Below, piece by piece: positions 58,464-64,000 of a DNA stretch of 64,000 nucleotides (position 1 is the stretch's first letter; the number at the start of each line of letters is the position of its first letter). This stretch comes from a bacterium HR34. GTDB taxonomy: Bacteria > Patescibacteriota > Minisyncoccia > Minisyncoccales > HRBIN34. The stretch lies in NCBI GenBank assembly GCA_002923395.1, contig BEIK01000001.1:21331-85330 (forward strand), given 5' to 3'. Below the pieces are notes generated by a model. The model saw nothing but the letters and a program-made list of their open reading frames with translations, made no database searches and was not told where the DNA came from. The position numbers were made by a program, and so were the translations under genes.

Positions 58464-59746
58464 AACACCATATATTTATAATATCTGGTTTCACCTTAAT
58501 TATTTATCCTATATTTTTCCTGCTTTTTAATTTAGAAAATATTTTTCCAGAAAAATTTGATCATAAAAAAACTGAAAAATTAGATTACCTTTCTAAAAAA
58601 ACAAAAAAGGCACCTGATGGTATTGACTATAATTTAAACTATTTTTTGAAAGATTATTTGCAGCCAAAAAAAAGTTCATATAATACCAATTTGTTTTTGG
58701 CTTCTGTTGGCATTGTGCCCGCAAAAGTTCAAAAACCTGAGTTTGTTAAAGGTGTTTATTTAACAAGTTATCTCGCCGCCAATAGAAATGTTGTTGCCAA
58801 TGTAATAAATTCTGCTAAATCCGGGAAAATTAACGCTGTTGTGATAGACGTGAAAGACCATACAGGATATCTAAGTTATAATAGCAATCTTCCAATAGTT
58901 GAAGAATATAAAACAGAGTATGTGATTATTCCTGATATAAAAGGATTGGTAGATTTACTTCACAAAAATAATATTTATGTCATTGCGAGAATGCCTGTTT
59001 TTCAAGATTATGCTTTATCTTTAGCAAGACCTGATTTGGCTTTGCACGATGAAAACGCTTTGAGTTTGTATAAACCCTTTCAGAATTATTATTCAGTTTT
59101 TACTTTATGGAAAGATAGAAAAGGTTTGCATTGGCTTGACCCTTCCTCAAAAGAAGTTTGGGAGTATAATCTTCAAATAGCGCAGGAACTAACGCAAATT
59201 GGTTTTGATGAAATTAATTTTGATTATATAAGATTTCCCTCGGACGGAGATCTTGAAAAACTCCATTTTCCTGTGTGGGATTATAAAAAGAAAAAAGAAG
59301 AAGTAGTAAGGGAGTTTTTTCAGTTTTTGAATGGTAATTTAAGAGGAAAAATTTATATTTCAGCAGATTTATTCGGCCTTACTACTGTTTCTTATGATGA
59401 TATGGGTATAGGGCAGGTTATAGAGTACGGATTTGAAAATTTTGATTTTGTTTGCCCGATGATATATCCGTCACACTATGCCAAAAACTTTATGGGATTC
59501 GAAAACCCGGCAGAACATCCTTATGAAGTTGTTAAAAACTCAATGGATAGTGCTTTTCAAAGATTAAAAAATGGTAACTATGAAAGCAAATTAAGACCAT
59601 GGCTTCAAGATTTTAATTTGTGTGCTGTTTATGATAAAAACCTGGTGCAAGATGAGATAAGGGCTGTTTTAGATTCTGCAAAAGGCAGAGAAGATTTATT
59701 GGACGGCTGGCTTTTGTGGGACCCATCAGGCTATTATAGTATTTAA
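58460..59746 (+). CDS. Putative glycoside hydrolase (DUF4015-like TIM barrel), membrane-anchored
   Basis: 'VKGVYLT', 'NAVVIDVKD', 'GFDEINFDYIRFP', 'PMIYPSHY', 'RPWLQDF'. Confidence 0.85.
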   Translation: MKHHIFIISGFTLIIYPIFFLLFNLENIFPEKFDHKKTEKLDYLSKKTKKAPDGIDYNLNYFLKDYLQPKKSSYNTNLFLASVGIVPAKVQKPEFVKGVYLTSYLAANRNVVANVINSAKSGKINAVVIDVKDHTGYLSYNSNLPIVEEYKTEYVIIPDIKGLVDLLHKNNIYVIARMPVFQDYALSLARPDLALHDENALSLYKPFQNYYSVFTLWKDRKGLHWLDPSSKEVWEYNLQIAQELTQIGFDEINFDYIRFPSDGDLEKLHFPVWDYKKKKEEVVREFFQFLNGNLRGKIYISADLFGLTTVSYDDMGIGQVIEYGFENFDFVCPMIYPSHYAKNFMGFENPAEHPYEVVKNSMDSAFQRLKNGNYESKLRPWLQDFNLCAVYDKNLVQDEIRAVLDSAKGREDLLDGWLLWDPSGYYSI

Positions 59747-59762
59747 AAAATTAAAAATTTTT

Positions 59763-59791
59763 TTGAATTTGGCATTTTATTTTTTTATAAT
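59763..59791 (+). promoter_or_regulatory. Promoter positioned for a leaderless mRNA
   Basis: TTGAAT-17 nt-TATAAT ending 6 nt before the ATG at 59798. Confidence 0.5.
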
Positions 59792-59797
59792 AAACAT

Positions 59798-60373
59798 ATG
59801 GAGACAAAAAAACTTATTTTAATAATATCAATAATTGTTGTTCTTTTGGGAGTTGTATTATTTTTAAGGAGCAGTTTTATAATTAAAAAAGAAGGAAAAA
59901 CTACCAATTTACAATTAATATCAAAAAATATGATAATAGAGAGCCCTGCTTTTAAAAACAATGAAAGAATACCTCAAAAATACACTTGTGACGGAAAAGA
60001 TATAAATCCTCCTTTAATAATATCTGGCATTCCAGAAAATGCTAAAAGTTTAGCTTTAATAGTTGATGATCCAGATGCTCCAATGAAAGTTTGGGTTCAC
60101 TGGCTTTTGTGGAATATTCCTGCCTCTATTTCTGAGATAAAAGAGAATTCTGTTCCAGAGGAAGCGGTTTTAGGTATGAATGATTTTGGTAGATTGGAGT
60201 GGGGAGGACCCTGTCCACCGAGCGGAACTCACAGATATTTCTTTAAGGTTTATGCTTTAGATACAAATCTTGATTTGCCAGAAGGTTCAAGAAAAGAAGA
60301 TTTAGAAAAAGCAATGGAAGGTCATATTTTAGATTTTGCCCAATTAATAGGTTTGTACTCAAGAAAAAATTAA
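59798..60373 (+). CDS. YbhB/YbcL (PEBP/RKIP-like) protein with N-terminal anchor
   Basis: 'YTCDG', 'DDPDAP', 'WVHW', 'GPCPPSGTHRYFF'. Confidence 0.93.
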   Translation: METKKLILIISIIVVLLGVVLFLRSSFIIKKEGKTTNLQLISKNMIIESPAFKNNERIPQKYTCDGKDINPPLIISGIPENAKSLALIVDDPDAPMKVWVHWLLWNIPASISEIKENSVPEEAVLGMNDFGRLEWGGPCPPSGTHRYFFKVYALDTNLDLPEGSRKEDLEKAMEGHILDFAQLIGLYSRKN

Positions 60374-60378
60374 TGGTT

Positions 60379-60831
60379 TTATAAAATTAAAGATTTGTTT
60401 TCGTTCCACAGAAAAAGAACAAGCTTTCCTTCTATTTGAGCCCAGCCGTTAATTGTTCCATCAGGGTTTACTGCCATATCGTGCACTTGCTCTATTTCTT
60501 TATCTTGCACTTTGTTTATTATTTTACTGTCAACAAATAAAGTTCTTTTATTTTCTATTTTTGCAATGCCAGCGTAATCTTCATAAGGGTGTTTTTCTAA
60601 GTATTCTATTTCTTCTATTTTTTTACCTTGAATATCTTCTATTATTCTTGTGTCATAGAACATAACCCATTTTCCGTCTACAAAAATTCTTCCTATAAGA
60701 ACACCATCTTTTGTTTTGTGAATATCTTTTACATTCTTTATGTCTTTGTTTAAAAGTTTTTCTAATTTTTCTATGTGTTGTATGATTTCACCTTTTTTAT
60801 ATTCTGGTTTTTTGAAGATTAGAGAAAACAT
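60379..60831 (-). CDS. Hypothetical protein with three ~40-aa beta-rich repeats
   Basis: Three similar segments visible in the translation. Confidence 0.7.
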   Translation of the reverse strand: MFSLIFKKPEYKKGEIIQHIEKLEKLLNKDIKNVKDIHKTKDGVLIGRIFVDGKWVMFYDTRIIEDIQGKKIEEIEYLEKHPYEDYAGIAKIENKRTLFVDSKIINKVQDKEIEQVHDMAVNPDGTINGWAQIEGKLVLFLWNENKSLIL

Positions 60832-60885
60832 ATTTTTAATAATTTACTTTTAATAATTTAATTTTAATTTTTCTACGAAATAAAA

Positions 60886-61731
60886 TCAATACTTGTTCGT
60901 TATTTTTAAAAATTCCTGCGCTTCGTTTAATATTTTAGTTGCATTTTTTCTAAAAATTCCAATTCTCATTAAATCGTTTTCTGTGGCGCTAGTAAGATCT
61001 TTAATGAGTATTATGTTGTTTTGGAACAATAAATTTTTTGTCGTGTTGTTAATAGAGGGCAGTGCTGTTATAGGGTATAAAGATTTTTCTTCTATTAGTT
61101 TTTCCAGGCTTTCTTTTTTAGGATATTTCCAGCCGGTTAATTTAATATTTCTGCATCTTGCAAATAAAATTGTATTGTAGGTAAACTTAGTGTTGGTTAT
61201 AAGCCAGGCTATGTGTTGCGCCATATCTTTATTTTCTCTTCTTTTTTCTTCTATATCCAAAAGTCTTGCATAAAGATACATTACAACTTTTACATCAGAT
61301 TTTATTCCTCTTTGATTGTGATACTTGTTTTCTATTATGTAGTGAACGCCATCTTTTATTGCTAAAATATCAATTTCATGATCTACACATTTTCCCTTCA
61401 TAATTTGATTTACTTTTGTTATGTAGCCATACTCATTTAAAATTCTCGCTGTGTATTTTTCAAAAACCCTTCCCTCTGGCCCTAAATCCATTATTGCTTT
61501 TTTAAGCGAGTATTTTACAGCACAAACTAGGTTGTTTTTGCACAAGAACTTGTGAACAGTTTTATGAATTGTTTGAGTGTCAGTTCTTTCAGGAAGGTGT
61601 TTTATGATATCTTTGCATATTACTTGAGCGTCTTTTCTTGCAACACCTGCTTTTATTAATGATTTACACAATTTTTCTTTGTTGAATTTTTCTAAAGTTT
61701 TGTCTGATTTTACAACTTCTTTTATTGTCAT
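60886..61731 (-). CDS. ATP-cone domain + Mrr-like restriction endonuclease domain protein
   Basis: N-terminal 'VVKSDKTLEKFNKEKL', 'VFEKY', 'HEIDILA', 'IENKYHN', 'LITNTKFT'. Confidence 0.82.
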   Translation of the reverse strand: MTIKEVVKSDKTLEKFNKEKLCKSLIKAGVARKDAQVICKDIIKHLPERTDTQTIHKTVHKFLCKNNLVCAVKYSLKKAIMDLGPEGRVFEKYTARILNEYGYITKVNQIMKGKCVDHEIDILAIKDGVHYIIENKYHNQRGIKSDVKVVMYLYARLLDIEEKRRENKDMAQHIAWLITNTKFTYNTILFARCRNIKLTGWKYPKKESLEKLIEEKSLYPITALPSINNTTKNLLFQNNIILIKDLTSATENDLMRIGIFRKNATKILNEAQEFLKITNKY

Positions 61732-61785
61732 ATAATTAAATTAACCAATTTTATTTTATCATTTTTTAAAAAATGAATTAAATTT

Positions 61786-63090
61786 ATGAAAAAAATTGTA
61801 AAGCGTCTTTATTTATTAGAAGAAAAAAGACAGCAAGAAACATTGCAAATGATTCCGAGCGAAAATCATGCAAGCAAGGCTGTTAGAGAATGTTGTGCAT
61901 CTTTTTTTATGAATAAATACTCAGAAGGCTATCCTTTTAAAAGATATTATCAGGGCAATAAATATGTAGATGAACTTGAATCGCTTGTTATAGAAAAAAT
62001 CAAAAAAATATTCAAAGTAGAACACGCAAATGTTCAGCCTTATTCTGGCTCCCCGGCGAATTCTGCTGTTTTGTTTGGATTGTTAAATTATGGAGATAAG
62101 ATAATGGGGTTAAAGTTGTCAGCAGGCGGTCATCTCACACACGGCCATTCAAACATAACTTTTTCTGGAAGATTTTTCAAGTCAGTTCAGTTTGACGTGA
62201 ACGAGAGAGGTTTTATAGATTACGACGAAGTTGAAAGATTGGCCCTAAAAGAAAAACCAAAACTTTTAATAATAGGAACAACTTCTTATCCAATGAAATT
62301 GGATTGGGAGAGGTTTGGGAAAATAGCAGATAAAATAAAAGCATACTTTGTTGCCGATATTGCTCATGTGGCGGGGTTGGTAACAGGTGGTGCTTATCCT
62401 TCGCCAGTACCCTTTTGCCATATAGTTACAACAACTACTCACAAAACATTGCGTGGTCCAAGAGGGGCAATAATAATGATAACTAAAAAGGGGTTAGAAA
62501 AAGATAAAGAATTAAAGGAAAAAATTGATAGGGCGGTTTTTCCGGGGTTGCAAGGCGGCCCCCACAACAACACAACTTTAGCAATCTTACAATGTCTTTG
62601 CGAGGCAGAAACAAAAGAGTTTAAAAAATACGCAAAACAAGTTGTAAAAAACAGCAAAGTTTTAGCGCAAGAATTTAAGAAAGCAGGTTTGAAACTTGTT
62701 TGTAATGGAACAGAAAGCCATTTAATAGTTATCGATTTAAGGCCACTGAATGTATTGGGTAATGTTGCAGCAATTGCTTTAGAAAGAGCAGGTATAATAG
62801 TTAATAGCAATTCAGTGCCGCATGATCCAATGCCGCCTTTTTATCCTTCTGGGATTCGCCTTGGAACACCAGCCTTAACCACAAGAGGAATGAAAGAAAA
62901 AGAAATGAAAATTATAGCAGGTTATATAGTTGAAGTTTTAGAGGCAATAAAACATATGCAAACGCCGAGCAAAAAAGAAGAAATAAAAAATTACTTGTCA
63001 AAGTATAAAAAAGAAATAGAAAAAAACAAAAAACTTTTAGAGATTGCCAAAAAAGTTAAAAAACTTGCGTTAAAGTTTCCGATAAAATAA
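61786..63090 (+). CDS. glyA: Serine hydroxymethyltransferase
   Basis: 'NKYSEGYP..RYY', 'GGHLTHG', 'TTTHKTLRGPRG', 'SGIRLGTPA'. Confidence 0.97.
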   Translation: MKKIVKRLYLLEEKRQQETLQMIPSENHASKAVRECCASFFMNKYSEGYPFKRYYQGNKYVDELESLVIEKIKKIFKVEHANVQPYSGSPANSAVLFGLLNYGDKIMGLKLSAGGHLTHGHSNITFSGRFFKSVQFDVNERGFIDYDEVERLALKEKPKLLIIGTTSYPMKLDWERFGKIADKIKAYFVADIAHVAGLVTGGAYPSPVPFCHIVTTTTHKTLRGPRGAIIMITKKGLEKDKELKEKIDRAVFPGLQGGPHNNTTLAILQCLCEAETKEFKKYAKQVVKNSKVLAQEFKKAGLKLVCNGTESHLIVIDLRPLNVLGNVAAIALERAGIIVNSNSVPHDPMPPFYPSGIRLGTPALTTRGMKEKEMKIIAGYIVEVLEAIKHMQTPSKKEEIKNYLSKYKKEIEKNKKLLEIAKKVKKLALKFPIK

Positions 63091-63112
63091 AATAATAGAA
63101 ACGTTCGAAATT

Positions 63113-63802
63113 ATGGAAAAAAAGATACAACTATCACCTTCGTCAATAAATTTATTTTTGGAGTGTCCTGCTTGTTTTTGGCTTGAAAAGAAAATGGGCA
63201 TAAGAAGGCCGCCTCCTTATCCTTATACTTTAAACTCTGCAATTGACCAACTATTAAAAGCAGAATTCGACGAATGCAGGATTCAAAACAAAATACCTGA
63301 AATTATTCAAGAAAAAGGAATAAAAGCTCATCTTTTTCCAAACCAACAACTTATTTCTCAATGGAGAAGTAACTTTTCGGGATTAAGATATTATGATGAG
63401 AAATTAGATGCTGTTTTATTCGGAGCAGTTGACGATATTTTAGAGTTTGAAGATGGTAGTTTGTCGCCTCTGGATTGCAAGTCAACAGGAGGTAATGTTG
63501 CCAATGTTTACGATAGATTTCAAATACAAATGGATATATACTCTTACTTGCTCGAAAGGAATGGATTTAAAACTAACGGCAAGGCATACCTTGCTTTTTA
63601 CATAGTTGATAAGTCAGATGGTTTTGGCGATGCAAAATTATCTTTCAAAAAAGAACTCCACGAAATAGAAACTAAAACAGATGACGTTCCGGATATTTTT
63701 TCTGATGCCATAAAAGTTTGCCGACAAAACAGCATTCCTAATCATAGTCCTGAGTGTGAGTTTGGCAAGTGGTACAAAAAAGTAAAAATAATAAGTTTAT
63801 GA
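63113..63802 (+). CDS. PD-(D/E)XK nuclease family protein (RecB/AddB-like)
   Basis: 'LSPSSINLFLECPACFW', 'GAVDD', 'LDCKS', 'QMDIYSYLL'. Confidence 0.85.
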   Translation: MEKKIQLSPSSINLFLECPACFWLEKKMGIRRPPPYPYTLNSAIDQLLKAEFDECRIQNKIPEIIQEKGIKAHLFPNQQLISQWRSNFSGLRYYDEKLDAVLFGAVDDILEFEDGSLSPLDCKSTGGNVANVYDRFQIQMDIYSYLLERNGFKTNGKAYLAFYIVDKSDGFGDAKLSFKKELHEIETKTDDVPDIFSDAIKVCRQNSIPNHSPECEFGKWYKKVKIISL

Positions 63803-64000
63803 TTTACAAGGTTTTATATGATCTAGTTTTTATTATGGCTGTTGTGAATGTTATAATGGTTTTGCTATTGGCTTTGTCTTGCAGGTGTATAGTTGGGAAA
63901 AAAATATACGAGTTGTTGAAAAAGATAAGTTTTTATAATAAAATATATCAATATCATTGTTTATATTGGAAAATATTTTTTATTTCAGTTATGATACATG
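63799..64000 (+). CDS. Small membrane protein, runs off the window end
   Basis: ATGA overlap with the nuclease stop; open frame MIYKVLYDLVFIMAVVNVIMVLLLALSCRC...YQYHCLYWKIFFISVMIH. Confidence 0.65.
   Translation, partial: MIYKVLYDLVFIMAVVNVIMVLLLALSCRCIVGKKIYELLKKISFYNKIYQYHCLYWKIFFISVMIH

Noticed and set aside
63113-63802. Cas4 / CRISPR-Cas system
   Set aside because: No repeat-spacer array or other cas genes, and the four-Cys Fe-S set is incomplete.
1-64000. Alternative genetic code (UGA=Gly, code 25)
   Set aside because: Long conserved genes are intact under code 11, and TGA serves as a stop (e.g. at 849, smpB, topA).

Overview
AT-rich, gene-dense bacterial chromosome segment using standard code 11. 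Its content is most consistent with a Patescibacteria/CPR (Parcubacteria-like) genome; this is inferred from the PilM/N/O cluster, tandem VirB2-like pilins, shortened Mfd, ComEC without an MBL domain, tRNA-Ile(UAU) and the near absence of Shine-Dalgarno motifs. It is mostly housekeeping: translation (infC-rpmI-rplT, rplS, rpsA, rpsU, leuS, hisS, pth, smpB/tmRNA, 9 tRNAs), DNA metabolism (gyrA, topA, recG, polX, mfd, parAB, dprA, comEC), division (ftsA, tailless ftsZ), amino-sugar genes and several decayed genes. I saw no CRISPR array, rRNA, prophage or intact transposase. The most interesting signals are non-coding: (1) a recurrent sense-strand 5'-leader motif AGGTCGA 30-45 nt upstream of start codons; (2) the smpB stop codon lying inside the mature tmRNA; (3) an unannotated 31-aa hyper-acidic micro-ORF with its own promoter and terminator; (4) a promoter-terminator unit that would make a ~45-nt GGGAGGAGG-containing RNA; (5) a candidate non-canonical parS palindrome; (6) a 24-bp repeat at two gene-truncation points; (7) all CCA-less tRNA/tmRNA genes ending N73-C-A. 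All calls come from reading the sequence by eye; no database searches were run.
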